From a virus, in IMG/VR virus record IMGVR_UViG_3300042971_000032: DNA of 64,000 bases; one strand, 5' to 3'. A program made the translations under genes and the position numbers. The notes beneath the pieces were generated by a model, which saw only the letters and a list, made by a program, of their open reading frames with translations, did no database searches and was not told where the DNA came from. Positions 47,964-59,247 of this stretch are shown piece by piece (the stretch's first letter is position 1; every line of letters starts with the position of its first letter).

Positions 47964-48911
47964 ATGAAGGATACAGCAGTAAGAATCGAAACCATGAAGC
48001 AGCAGACGATCGGAGTCGAGATCGAGATGTACGGGATCGCAAGAAGCAAGGCAGCCGAGGTTGCTGCTGCCTTCTTCGGAACCGGGAGATGCGAAGACAC
48101 CGCAAGACGGAACGGCTACCGGGCATGGAGCGCATGGGACGCACAGGGCAGGGAATGGAAATTCCAGAGGGATGCCAGCATCCGGGCAGAACGGGATGAG
48201 GAATCCTGCGAGATGGTTACCCCGATCCTCACCTGGGACGACATCGAGATCCTGCAGGAACTGGTACGGCAGCTGAGACATGCCGGAGCCAAGAGCGACC
48301 CGAGCCACATGTGCGGGGTTCACATCCATGTCGGAGCAAGCGGCCACAACGCACACACGCTCCGGACACTGGCGAACCTGATGGCGAGCCATGAGAGCCT
48401 CCTGATCAGCGCCCTTCGCCTCGACCGGAGCCGCCTCGACCGCTACTGTCAGACGGTTGATCCGGATTTCCTAAAGAGACTTAACAAGAAGAAACCGGAC
48501 ACCATGCAGCAGCTTGCTGACATCTGGTACGAAGAGAACCACGCAAGCTACGGACGGCGCGAACATTACAACGCAAGCCGCTACCACATGCTGAACCTCC
48601 ACGCAACCTTCACCAAGGGCACGATCGAGTTCCGGCTCTTCCAGTTCGCAGACGCAGGGAACGGCAAGAAAGGCGGCCTGCATGCCGGAGAGCTTAAGAG
48701 CTACATTCAGCTTTGCCTTGCCCTTTCTGCAGCAGCGAGGATCCAGACGACGGCAAGCCCGAAGGAACCGCAGCATGAAAACCCGAAATACGCGATGCGC
48801 ACCTGGCTCCTTCGGATGGGATTCATCGGGGACGAGTTCGAAACCGCAAGGGAGATCCTCACAAGGAATCTTGCAGGCGACACCGCATTCCGGAATGGCA
48901 GGACGGCCTGA
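47964..48911 (+). CDS. Putative amidoligase (COOH-NH2 ligase-like)
   Basis: GVEIEM, EMVTPIL, CGVHIHVG, RYHMLN, TIEFR motifs. Confidence 0.85.
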   Translation: MKDTAVRIETMKQQTIGVEIEMYGIARSKAAEVAAAFFGTGRCEDTARRNGYRAWSAWDAQGREWKFQRDASIRAERDEESCEMVTPILTWDDIEILQELVRQLRHAGAKSDPSHMCGVHIHVGASGHNAHTLRTLANLMASHESLLISALRLDRSRLDRYCQTVDPDFLKRLNKKKPDTMQQLADIWYEENHASYGRREHYNASRYHMLNLHATFTKGTIEFRLFQFADAGNGKKGGLHAGELKSYIQLCLALSAAARIQTTASPKEPQHENPKYAMRTWLLRMGFIGDEFETAREILTRNLAGDTAFRNGRTA

Positions 48912-48998
48912 AACGAAGAGACAGCCTCCCGCTACCTTACCCGCGAGCCTCGCGGGCTTAAGGTGGTAGAAGGGTATCCCTTCGGAAAGGAGAACGCG

Positions 48999-49400
48999 AT
49001 GAGATTTCCAAGCGAGAAAGAACTGAAAGAGTTACGGGAGCATTATCCGGAAGGAGCCAGAGTAGAACTGGTGGAGATGGATGATCCGCAGGCACCGCCA
49101 GTCGGCACCAAGGGCACGGTGCTCGGAGTGGATGATGCGGGTGATGTCATGGTGGCATGGGACAACGGGAGCGGTCTGAACCTGGCTTTCGGAAAGGATC
49201 GCTGCAGGCTGCTGGTCGGAGAATTCACACAGACCGTGCGGGATCAGATCCTTGCGATCCGCGACAGCGGAGAGACGAACATGTTTGATGTTCCGATGGT
49301 CCAGCAGATTGCAAACCGGAAAGGCTACTACGAACTGGTCCTCTTCCTGATTGACCACAGGAAGGAATACGCAAACTTTATCATGAAAGGAAGCGTTTAA
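48999..49400 (+). CDS. DUF4314-like + DUF5049-like hypothetical protein
   Basis: YPEGARVELVEMDDPQAPPVGTKG and IRDSGETNMFD segments. Confidence 0.7.
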   Translation: MRFPSEKELKELREHYPEGARVELVEMDDPQAPPVGTKGTVLGVDDAGDVMVAWDNGSGLNLAFGKDRCRLLVGEFTQTVRDQILAIRDSGETNMFDVPMVQQIANRKGYYELVLFLIDHRKEYANFIMKGSV

Positions 49401-49537
49401 CGTGACCACATCCTCCTGCTGAAATTTGTGCAGATTATGAATCTACATCTCCTTGCTATATGTGCCGGTCAGAGTGATATATGTACATGCCAAAGGAAAA
49501 GGGCACAAGACCAGTACAAAGCAAGGAGGACAAAGCC

Positions 49538-49972
49538 ATGACAAACATTTTCGAAGAAACCTACGAGGCAATGGAAGAGGCAAAGAAGGCATACGCAGCA
49601 GCCACCACCGACGAGAGCAAGGAAGCTGCAGAGAAAGCCTACGGAGAAGCTAAGTATCGGATGGCTGATAAGGGTGACATCGCATGGAGAATCTGGAGAG
49701 CCTACGAGCATTCCAGAGAGAACGAGAACAAGATCCTCAACTTCGACGACATCATCTGGGACCGGGATGTGGAAGCCATTACCGCCTGCTTGAAGGAGAA
49801 CGGGATCAGGGAATTCACCTACTCCTGCAGAGCGACCGACGCGGTTGAAACCTTATGGCTCTTCAAGGAAGCGGGCTGCACAATCGGCGAGATGGTCGAG
49901 GTCAACCTCCGGAAAGACCTCTGGGGCAAGACCTACGAGAAGGGACACGCATTCAAGATGAGCATTGCCTGA
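49538..49972 (+). CDS. Hypothetical protein
   Basis: Own promoter-like motif and GGAGG RBS. Confidence 0.7.
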   Translation: MTNIFEETYEAMEEAKKAYAAATTDESKEAAEKAYGEAKYRMADKGDIAWRIWRAYEHSRENENKILNFDDIIWDRDVEAITACLKENGIREFTYSCRATDAVETLWLFKEAGCTIGEMVEVNLRKDLWGKTYEKGHAFKMSIA

Positions 49973-49987
49973 AGGAAGGAGAGAACC

Positions 49988-50230
49988 ATGTGGAGCGAGG
50001 GAAGCATTGCAGCACCAAACGACGACGGAACTTATACCGTCTGCAAATACAGAGTAAAGCACTTTGACGAGCCAAGCGAGAAATACGGGATCGACGGCGG
50101 CAGGATCAGCAAGCTGACGATTACGGTAAATGGAGAAATCACACTTAACTATGACAGAGGCTGGGACATCGAGCCCGAGGATGAGGCAAGCCAGATGGTC
50201 TACGCCATCCTGCTGAAGGAATTCAACTAA
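49988..50230 (+). CDS. Hypothetical protein
   Basis: YGIDGGRISKL...NYDRGWD; AAGGAG RBS. Confidence 0.7.
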   Translation: MWSEGSIAAPNDDGTYTVCKYRVKHFDEPSEKYGIDGGRISKLTITVNGEITLNYDRGWDIEPEDEASQMVYAILLKEFN

Positions 50231-50379
50231 GCACCGGCACTGCCGGGCAGCATATTTAAGAATGAAAATTCCGAGAGGGAGCCGGAAACGGCTCTGTCTC
50301 TCGTACAGATACAGACCACATGGACGGGATCGCTTTGGCGGTCCTTTTGTTTTGCACGCGGGAAAGGAGGTGTGTTCCT

Positions 50380-50865
50380 ATGGCGGCTAGAGGAAGGAAG
50401 CCAACTCCTACAGCGATCAAGGAGCTGGAAGGAAATCCCGGAAAACGAAAACTGAATGAGAACGAGCCAAAGCCAGAGAAGAAGGCACCCTCCTGTCCGA
50501 AGTGGCTCGACAAAGAGGCAAGGAAGGAGTGGCACCGGCTCGCAAAGAAGATGGAAGCCATCGGCATCCTCACCGAGGTCGATATGGCTGCCTTCGCCGC
50601 TTACTGCCAGTCCTATGCACGGTGGAAACAGAATGAGGAGTTCATCACCGAGCATGGCTCCCTTGTCCGGACACCTTCCGGCTACTGGATGGCCGTGCCG
50701 CAGGTGGCAATGGCCCAGCAGTACATGAAGCAGATGGGAAAGTTCGCGACCGAGTTCGGTCTGACTCCGGCATCGAGATCGAGGCTCATTGCAGCTGCTG
50801 GAGACAGCAAGACAGGCGATGAGATGGAGGAGCTTCTCGATGAGAACTGGAAGGAGAAGAAGTGA
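50380..50865 (+). CDS. Terminase small subunit (P27 family)
   Basis: RGRKPTPT..GNPGKR N-terminus; FGLTPASR C-terminus. Confidence 0.92.
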   Translation: MAARGRKPTPTAIKELEGNPGKRKLNENEPKPEKKAPSCPKWLDKEARKEWHRLAKKMEAIGILTEVDMAAFAAYCQSYARWKQNEEFITEHGSLVRTPSGYWMAVPQVAMAQQYMKQMGKFATEFGLTPASRSRLIAAAGDSKTGDEMEELLDENWKEKK

Positions 50866-52490
50866 TGGAGACGCAGGAAACAAGACCGGACAGCATCCCG
50901 AAACTCAAAGACTATCATCCGACGCGGTTCATGCTTCCAACGTCACATTACGATGCGGCAAAGGCCGACCGAGCAGTGAAGTTTATCGAGATGCTCCGCC
51001 ATACCAAAGGCAAGTGGGCCGGGAAACGATTCTGGCTTCTCCCATGGCAGGAGCAGATCATCCGGGACCTCTTTGGCATCGTAAAGGAAAACGGAAAGCG
51101 GCAGTTCCGGACAGCCTATATCGAGATCGGCAAGAAGAACGGAAAAAGTGAGCTTGCTGCAGCGGTAGCGCTGTATCTCTTGTATGCAGACAACGAGCCG
51201 TCTGCTGAAGTCTACGGTGCAGCGGCTGACCGTCAGCAGGCTTCGATCGTTTTCGATGTCGCGCACCAGATGGTTTCCATGACACCGGCGCTATTGAAGC
51301 GGTCGAAGATCATGGCGGCAACGAAACGAATTGTGAATTATAGCAACGCGGGCTTTTATCAGGTCCTCTCTGCAGAGGTCGGGACGAAACATGGACTGAA
51401 TGTTTCCGGACTTGTCTTCGATGAGGTCCACGCCCAACCTACCAGAAAGCTATATGACGTTTTAACGCAGGGCTCTGGCGATGCCCGAGAGCAACCACTG
51501 TTCTTCCTGATTACAACTGCGGGAACCGATAAGAACTCGATCTGCTATGAGCTGCACCAGAAGGCAAAGGATATCCTTTCCGGGCAGCGTGTGGATCATA
51601 CCTTCTATCCGGTCGTCTATGGACTGGAAGACGATGAAGACTGGCATGATGAGAAGAACTGGTACAAAGCGAATCCGAGCCTTGGACAGACAATCGATAT
51701 CGAGCGTGTCCGGGAGCACTACCATGAGGCGCTGGAGAATCCTGCAGAGGAAGCGGTGTTCAAGCAGCTCCGACTCAACATGTGGGTATCCAGTACGACG
51801 GCCTTCATTCCGGAGCAGGTCTTCGATCAGGGAAATGAACCGATTGATCTCGCCAGCCTTCGTGGCCGGGAGTGTTATGGCGGTCTCGACCTTTCGAGCA
51901 CCGGAGATATCACAGCGCTGGTTCTGATGTTTCCACCGCGTACAGATGATGAGAAATACATCTGCCTGCCGTTTTTCTGGGTGCCGGAAGATACGATTCC
52001 GCTTAGAGTAAGGCGCGCATCGGTTCCGTATGACGTGTGGGTAAAACAGGGATACATGAAAGCGACCGAAGGAAATGTGATCGACTACAACTTTATCGAG
52101 AAGTTCATCCTCGACCTCTACAAGATCTACAACATCAAGGAGATCGCAGTCGACCGCTGGAATGCGACCCAGCTCATCATTAACCTGCAGGACGATGGGA
52201 TGACGATGATTCCCTTCGGGCAGGGGTTTAAGGACATGAGCCCGCCAACGAAGGAGTTCTACAAACTCATGATGGAAGGGAAGATCATTCATGGTGGCAA
52301 CCCGGTGCTCCGCTGGATGGCATTAAACGTCGTGGTGGACCGGGATGCGGCGGACAACATCAAACCGACGAAAGCAAAATCACCGGAGAAGATCGACGGC
52401 ATTGTTGCTGCGATCATGGCGTTGGATCGCTGCATCCGGCAGGAACATGCAGAGAGTGTTTACGACAGCCGGGGGCTGATCACATTTTGA
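50862..52490 (+). CDS. Terminase large subunit
   Basis: GKKNGKS Walker A, FDEVH, GGLDLS, KIDGIVA motifs. Confidence 0.95.
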   Translation: MMETQETRPDSIPKLKDYHPTRFMLPTSHYDAAKADRAVKFIEMLRHTKGKWAGKRFWLLPWQEQIIRDLFGIVKENGKRQFRTAYIEIGKKNGKSELAAAVALYLLYADNEPSAEVYGAAADRQQASIVFDVAHQMVSMTPALLKRSKIMAATKRIVNYSNAGFYQVLSAEVGTKHGLNVSGLVFDEVHAQPTRKLYDVLTQGSGDAREQPLFFLITTAGTDKNSICYELHQKAKDILSGQRVDHTFYPVVYGLEDDEDWHDEKNWYKANPSLGQTIDIERVREHYHEALENPAEEAVFKQLRLNMWVSSTTAFIPEQVFDQGNEPIDLASLRGRECYGGLDLSSTGDITALVLMFPPRTDDEKYICLPFFWVPEDTIPLRVRRASVPYDVWVKQGYMKATEGNVIDYNFIEKFILDLYKIYNIKEIAVDRWNATQLIINLQDDGMTMIPFGQGFKDMSPPTKEFYKLMMEGKIIHGGNPVLRWMALNVVVDRDAADNIKPTKAKSPEKIDGIVAAIMALDRCIRQEHAESVYDSRGLITF

Positions 52491-52504
52491 TGGAGGAAGT
52501 ATCG

Positions 52505-53848
52505 ATGGGATTTAAGGATTTATTCCATAGAAGGAAGGCGAGAGCGGATCCGCAGGACATGACATCCGGGAGCGTGTACCGGGCTTACTACGGGCACACT
52601 TCTGCGGGGAAGACCGTGACAGAGCGAAGCTCCATGCAGGTGACCGCTGTGTATGCCTGCGTCCGGGTGCTTGCCGAGGCCGTGGCAAGCCTGCCGCTTC
52701 ACCTCTACAAGGAAGAGGATGGCAGCAAGGTGAAGGCGACAGACCACCCACTGTACTTCTTGCTCCATAGTGAACCGAATGAAGAGATGACAGCCTACTC
52801 GTTCTGGGAGACGCTCATGACTCATCTATTACTGTGGGGGAACGCATACGTCCAAGTGATCCGGAACGGCAAGGGTGAAGTCACAGCACTGTATCCTCTG
52901 ATGCCAAACCGCATGACGGTGGACCGGGATGAGAACGGACACATCTACTACCAGTATCTCTGGTCCAAGGGATCCGATGCGCCGACTATGAAAGAGACGA
53001 TCGTAAAGCTCACTCCTCACGAGGTGATGCAGATCCCGGGACTTGGTTTTGACGGCCTTGTCGGATACAGCCCGATCGCGATGGCGAAAAACAGCATCGG
53101 ACTCTCGATGGCCTGTGAGGAATACGGTAGTAAGTTCTTTGAGAATGGTGCCGCACCATCCGGTGTCCTCGAGCATCCGGGCATCCTGAAGGATCCGGAG
53201 AAGGTCCGGGACAGCTGGCAGGCGGCCTTCGGTGGCAGCCAGAATGCCGGGAAGGTAGCCGTTCTCGAAGAAGGGATGAAGTATTCGCCAATCTCCATCA
53301 ACCCGCAGGAGGCACAGTTTCTGGATACGAGAAAGTTCCAGATCGATGAGATCGCCCGGATCTTCCGGGTGCCTCCTCATATGATTGGAGACCTCGAGCA
53401 CGCGACCTTCAGTAACATTGAGGAGCAGTCACTGGAATTCGTGACCTACAGTCTACAGCCGTGGCTCACAAGAATCGAGTCCGCAATCTCCCGGTCGCTT
53501 CTCACCCCGGAGGAGAAGAAGATCTATTACGCAAGGTTCAATGTGGATGGGCTGCTTCGCGGCAACTACGCATCCCGCATGCAAGGCTATGCGACCGGTA
53601 TCAGTAACGGCTTCCTGTGCGTGAACGACGTGCGACGCCTTGAGAACATGGATCTGGTTCCCGACGAAGAGGGAGGAAACCTGTTCCTCGTGAACGGGTC
53701 AATGACTCCCCTTAAATCGGCAGGCGCTGCCTATCAGACTTCAGGTGGAGGAAGCGACCCACCGGAGCAGGATGATTCAGAAAAGGGCGATGAACCGACG
53801 CAGGATAAGAAATCGAAGCGGCGGGGAAGAAACGGAGGCAGCAGATGA
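52505..53848 (+). CDS. Portal protein (HK97 family)
   Basis: VYACVRVLAEAVASLPL, LLWGNAY, IARIFRVPPH motifs. Confidence 0.95.
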   Translation: MGFKDLFHRRKARADPQDMTSGSVYRAYYGHTSAGKTVTERSSMQVTAVYACVRVLAEAVASLPLHLYKEEDGSKVKATDHPLYFLLHSEPNEEMTAYSFWETLMTHLLLWGNAYVQVIRNGKGEVTALYPLMPNRMTVDRDENGHIYYQYLWSKGSDAPTMKETIVKLTPHEVMQIPGLGFDGLVGYSPIAMAKNSIGLSMACEEYGSKFFENGAAPSGVLEHPGILKDPEKVRDSWQAAFGGSQNAGKVAVLEEGMKYSPISINPQEAQFLDTRKFQIDEIARIFRVPPHMIGDLEHATFSNIEEQSLEFVTYSLQPWLTRIESAISRSLLTPEEKKIYYARFNVDGLLRGNYASRMQGYATGISNGFLCVNDVRRLENMDLVPDEEGGNLFLVNGSMTPLKSAGAAYQTSGGGSDPPEQDDSEKGDEPTQDKKSKRRGRNGGSR

Positions 53849-54549
53849 AACCAATTCTCATGATAGGTAAGAAATATGGTCATCTTACAGTGATCGCTGA
53901 AAGCCCCAGTGCCAAAGGGCATCGGAAGGTTCTCTGTAAATGCGACTGCGGAAACACCCTTGTAGTTGATGCAGGGAATCTCCGCTCCGGACACACAACG
54001 TCGTGTGGACACTGTGAGAGATACATTTTCGTACCGCCGGACAGCTTCCGATGCCAGCTCCCCAACGAGGATTCATTCCTGATAAGTGCTTCTGATCTTG
54101 CAGAAGTCCAGAAACACAAGTGGTCGATTGAGAACAGCGGATATGTTCACACTACAATAAACGGCGAGCATATCAGACTGCACAAGTATCTGCTGCAGCC
54201 ATACCCGGGAGAAATTGATCACATTAACGGCGACAGGACGGATAATCGGCGGTCTAACCTCCGACTGGCAACGCCCCAGCAAAATGCCAGAAATGCACGA
54301 ATGCACAGCAATAATTCAACCGGGTACAAGGGCGTTTTCTATGACGCGAGGAGGGGAAAGTTCGCGGCAGGAATAACGATAGACGGAAAGAAGCACTTCT
54401 TAGGATATTTTGATAATGCTGTTGACGCGGCGGTTGCCTATGACAAGGCAGCCGTCATTTATTTTGGAGAATTCGCATGGCTGAATTTCAAGGAGGTAAC
54501 CAATGAACAACAAGTTTTGGAAGTGGGTAAGAGACAAGACGCCGTCTGA
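53845..54549 (+). CDS. Free-standing HNH-AP2 homing endonuclease
   Basis: IDHINGDRTDNRRSNLR; NNSTGYKGV...LGYF..AVDAAVAYD AP2-like C-terminus. Confidence 0.85.
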   Translation: MKPILMIGKKYGHLTVIAESPSAKGHRKVLCKCDCGNTLVVDAGNLRSGHTTSCGHCERYIFVPPDSFRCQLPNEDSFLISASDLAEVQKHKWSIENSGYVHTTINGEHIRLHKYLLQPYPGEIDHINGDRTDNRRSNLRLATPQQNARNARMHSNNSTGYKGVFYDARRGKFAAGITIDGKKHFLGYFDNAVDAAVAYDKAAVIYFGEFAWLNFKEVTNEQQVLEVGKRQDAV

Positions 54550-55402
54550 ATCTGGGGAGGCGGAAGAGGAGAGAACCTTGTTTCTTGATGGAGCAATCGG
54601 AGGAGATGACACCTGGTACGAGGACAACGTCACGCCGGCCCTTTTCAAGTCCGATCTTGATTCCGGCAAGGGACCGATTACGGTCTGGATCAATAGCCCG
54701 GGCGGGGATGTCTGGGCAGCGGCGCAGATCTACAACATGCTTCTCTCTTACACCGGCAAGGTGACGGTGAAGATCGACGGTCTTGCCGCCAGCGCAGCAT
54801 CGGTCATCGCGATGGCAGGAGACGAGGTTCTCGTATCTCCCGTGTCGATGCTGATGATTCATAATCCGGCAACAGCAGCGATGGGAGACAAGGACGATCT
54901 CGCACAGGCAATCTCGATGCTGGATTCCGTGAAGGATTCTATCCTGAATGCCTACGTGAAGAAGACGGGCCTCTCGAAGAACAAGCTCTCCAAGCTCATG
55001 GATGATGAGACATGGATGGACGCAAACAAGGCTGTGGAGCTCGGCTTTGCAGACCGCGTGATGGAGCGCCCGGATCTCTACCATGAGGAAGAGCCGGAAA
55101 AGAAGGTGCCGGAGCAGGACGATCCTGATGAGGATGATCCGGAGAAGAAAAAGTCCGATCCAGACTCTGAGGAGGACCAGCCGGAAAAGGAACCGGATGA
55201 TCCCAAGAAAAAGGATGAGGATCGGATTCGCACAGGCTTCATGTATTCCAGTCGTCAGATGGCGGCTGCTTTCACCAATAAGGTGAAGAACCATTACAAG
55301 ACAGTAAACACGGCACCGGAGAAACCGGTGATTGATATCGCAGAGGGACGGAGCGTCGATGCGCTGATGGATCGTCTCAATCTGCTGCACACGATGATGT
55401 GA
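54503..55402 (+). CDS. ClpP-like prohead maturation protease
   Basis: INSPGGDV, AASAASVI, MIHNP, ETWM motifs; acidic insertion near the C-terminus. Confidence 0.92.
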   Translation: MNNKFWKWVRDKTPSESGEAEEERTLFLDGAIGGDDTWYEDNVTPALFKSDLDSGKGPITVWINSPGGDVWAAAQIYNMLLSYTGKVTVKIDGLAASAASVIAMAGDEVLVSPVSMLMIHNPATAAMGDKDDLAQAISMLDSVKDSILNAYVKKTGLSKNKLSKLMDDETWMDANKAVELGFADRVMERPDLYHEEEPEKKVPEQDDPDEDDPEKKKSDPDSEEDQPEKEPDDPKKKDEDRIRTGFMYSSRQMAAAFTNKVKNHYKTVNTAPEKPVIDIAEGRSVDALMDRLNLLHTMM

Positions 55403-55416
55403 GGAGGAAAACACAT

Positions 55417-56610
55417 ATGAACGTACAGGAATTGATTGCAAAGAGAGCAAAGGCATGGGAGGCAGCGAAGTCCTTCCTTGATGCTCACAGGGGAGAAAAC
55501 GGTATTCTCTCTGCCGCAGACGGAGAAACTTATGACCGCATGGAGAAGGAGATCACGGATCTCACCAAGGAGATCGATCGCCTGAACCGTCAGGCCGCAA
55601 TTGAAGCGCAGCTGAATCAGCCGACTTCTTCTCCGCTTTCCAGTATGCCGTCTCGCACTGGAGAGAAGCCGAAGAAGCAGGGCCGTGCTTCCGATCAGTA
55701 TGCCAAGGATATGCTGACCGCCATGCGCACGAACTTCCATCAGGTATCCGATATCCTGCAGGAAGGCGTGGATGCCGATGGCGGGTATCTTGTTCCGGAG
55801 GAGTGGGACAGCCGCCTAATTGATGTTCTGAATGAAGAGAACATCATGAGAGGGCTGGCAACGCAGATCACGACTTCCGGCGAGCACAAGATCAATATCG
55901 CCGGTGCCAAGCCGACTGCTGCGTGGATCGAGGAGGGCGGAGCACTGCAGTTCACCGACGCGAAGTTCGGCCAGAAGATCCTCGATGCCCACAAGCTGCA
56001 TGTGGCCGTGAAGGTGACGGAGGAGCTGCTCTACGACTCTATGTTCGATCTCGCAAGCTACATCACCACCCAGTTCGGTATCGCAATTGCCAATGCCGAG
56101 GAGGATGCGTTCCTGAACGGCGATGGCAAAGGCAAGCCGACTGGTATCTTCGATGCCACCAATGGCGGCACTGTTGCAAAGACCCTGACCGGCACCAAGC
56201 TCGGCACTGATGATGTGCTGGATCTCGTATATGCCCTGAAGCGTCCGTACCGTAAGAAGGCATCGTTCATCATGAACGATCAGACCCTTGCGGCACTTCG
56301 GAAGCTGAAGGACAACAACGGATCCTACATCTGGCAGCCGTCCTATCAGGCAGGTGAGCCGGACAGACTTCTTGGCTACTCTGTCCACACCAGCGCCTAC
56401 GCACCGGAGCTTGCCGCAGATAAGCCGGTGATGGCCTTTGGCGACTTCTCCTACTACAACATCGGCGATCGTGGTACCCGTTCCATGCAGGAACTCCGTG
56501 AGCTCTTTGCTGGCAACGGCATGATCGGCTATGTTGCCAAGGAGCGTGTCGATGGACTTCTGGTACTGCCGGAAGCCGTGCAGATCCTGAAGGCAGGAGC
56601 ATCTGCCTGA
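55417..56610 (+). CDS. Major capsid protein (HK97 fold)
   Basis: Coiled-coil delta domain, DGGYLVPEE, AFLNGDG.GKPTGI motifs. Confidence 0.95.
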   Translation: MNVQELIAKRAKAWEAAKSFLDAHRGENGILSAADGETYDRMEKEITDLTKEIDRLNRQAAIEAQLNQPTSSPLSSMPSRTGEKPKKQGRASDQYAKDMLTAMRTNFHQVSDILQEGVDADGGYLVPEEWDSRLIDVLNEENIMRGLATQITTSGEHKINIAGAKPTAAWIEEGGALQFTDAKFGQKILDAHKLHVAVKVTEELLYDSMFDLASYITTQFGIAIANAEEDAFLNGDGKGKPTGIFDATNGGTVAKTLTGTKLGTDDVLDLVYALKRPYRKKASFIMNDQTLAALRKLKDNNGSYIWQPSYQAGEPDRLLGYSVHTSAYAPELAADKPVMAFGDFSYYNIGDRGTRSMQELRELFAGNGMIGYVAKERVDGLLVLPEAVQILKAGASA

Positions 56611-56685
56611 TCTGTAGTCGTAACAAAGTAGTGTCGGGAGCTCAGGGTGTCAAAGCTCTGGGCTCTCTTTCGATGGGAGGCAGTG

Positions 56686-56955
56686 ATGATTACGCTTGAA
56701 GAAGCAAAGAAATATCTGCGCGTGGATGCAGCCGATGAGGACGATGTCATTCAGCAGGAACTGGATGCCGCAGAGAGCCTTGTCGCCTCCGTGCTCCGGA
56801 AGGACAGTCTCGATGATACAGGCAGTCCGATCATTGTGGTGGCGGTGCTGTATGCCCTTGCCAATCTCAATGAGCACCGGGAGGAAGCGGATCATCACGC
56901 GCTCACCATAACGCTTCGGAACCTGCTCTTCGGTGAGCGGGATCCGTGCTTTTAA
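56686..56955 (+). CDS. Head-tail connector (gp6-like)
   Basis: ITLEEAKKYLRVD...EHREE. Confidence 0.88.
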   Translation: MITLEEAKKYLRVDAADEDDVIQQELDAAESLVASVLRKDSLDDTGSPIIVVAVLYALANLNEHREEADHHALTITLRNLLFGERDPCF

Positions 56956-56967
56956 GGGAGGTTTGGG

Positions 56968-57300
56968 ATGAATATTGCAGCGATGTGGTGCCGGATTACG
57001 GTGCAGAAGAATGAGACGGTGGTTGACCGGATCGGGAATCACATAAATGCCTGGACCGATTTTTATACCTGCTGGGCGACACCCGTGCAAGGGACTGGAT
57101 CGGAGAAACAGGAAGCTGGGACGACGAATAGCACGGAAGCGATAGATTTTACGGTTCGATATGCTAAGTGTCTCGACGGCCTTGATTCCACGAAGATCCG
57201 TATCCGGCTGGGCGATGCGATCTATAACGTCACCTCGATTGATCCGATGGGGTTCAAACACAGCAGCCTGAAATTCAAGTGTGAGAGGGTGAAGCGATGA
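56968..57300 (+). CDS. Head closure / head-tail adaptor
   Basis: Position; FTVRY...YNVTSID. Confidence 0.8.
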   Translation: MNIAAMWCRITVQKNETVVDRIGNHINAWTDFYTCWATPVQGTGSEKQEAGTTNSTEAIDFTVRYAKCLDGLDSTKIRIRLGDAIYNVTSIDPMGFKHSSLKFKCERVKR

Positions 57301-57661
57301 AGATAAAAGTGGACAATCTTGCAGCTACGGTCGAGAAGACCCTCTCCGATTATGCCGACGATGTGAATGATGTTGTAAAGCAGGAGATCAAGGATGCCGG
57401 GAAGGAAGCCGTGAAAGAGCTGAAGGAGAAGTCTCCCAAGCGTACCGGAAAGTATGCCAAGGGCTGGCGGTCCACAGTTCAGAAGGAATCGGCGGTCGGT
57501 GCAGAGGTGGTGGTTCATAACAAGGTGTACGGACTGACCCATCTCCTCGAGAAAGGCCATGCCAAGCGCGGCGGTGGCCGTGTGGAGGGGATTCCTCATA
57601 TCGCACCGGTCGAGGAAGAGATCACCGGGAAGCTGTCGGATGAGATAGAGAAGGAGCTGAA

Positions 57662-57665
<4 letters not shown>
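57297..57665 (+). CDS. HK97 gp10-like tail component
   Basis: SPKRTGKYAKGW, THLLEKGH motifs. Confidence 0.85.
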
Positions 57666-58616
<951 letters not shown>

Positions 58617-58631
58617 TAAGGAGGGTATGAC

Positions 58632-59006
58632 ATGTACCAGGAAATTTCGCTCCGGCTTAATGATGGGTCGGAGCAGAAGTTCCCGTTTCTCGCAACGGGG
58701 ACAACGGCATACCGCTATAAGCAGGTTTTCCATCAGGATCTGATGATCCTTCTCAATAAGATGGAAAACAGCGAGGACGATCAGACCGATATGACAGTCG
58801 GTGATAAGCTCGCTTTCATCATGAACGCGCAGGCAGAGAAGAAAGATATGAATCGTCTGAACGTGGATGCCTTCCTTACGTGGGCGGATCAGTTCGATGG
58901 GGCAGAACTTTTCCTGCATATGCAGGAGTTCGTTACCCTCTATCTTGGATCTCGGAGGACTACTTCAAAGCCAAAAAAAGAAGCCGCCCAACTGAAAGGG
59001 AAGTAA
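58632..59006 (+). CDS. Tail assembly chaperone G (with -1 frameshift extension GT to 59173)
   Basis: Between major tail and tape measure genes; A-AAA-AAA slippery site 58973-58979 leads into an open -1 frame. Confidence 0.8.
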   Translation: MYQEISLRLNDGSEQKFPFLATGTTAYRYKQVFHQDLMILLNKMENSEDDQTDMTVGDKLAFIMNAQAEKKDMNRLNVDAFLTWADQFDGAELFLHMQEFVTLYLGSRRTTSKPKKEAAQLKGK

Positions 59007-59176
59007 ACACGGCTGTGTTTATGCTGCGTGCCAAGCAGCTGGGCTTTTCCTTAGAGGAACTCGACAGTGTGGAGGAAGGACTCGTGATGGATATGATCAT
59101 CGAATCCGGGAATGACCTCTGTGATGACGAGTACCGGCAGGTCGCAACGCAGCAGGATTTTGACGTATTTTAGTGC

Positions 59177-59204
59177 TTGATATTTTGCCAGTCTCCGCTA
59201 TAAT
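59177..59204 (+). promoter_or_regulatory. SigA-type promoter of TA moron
   Basis: TTGATA-16 nt-TATAAT. Confidence 0.7.
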
Positions 59205-59247
59205 AAAAGTAGGAAATACCCTACTTTCATGGAAGGAGGCAGACAAT

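Noticed and set aside
55080-55230. Acidic low-complexity repeat in the prohead protease
   Set aside because: It is a plausible disordered linker or scaffold segment with no exact DNA periodicity.
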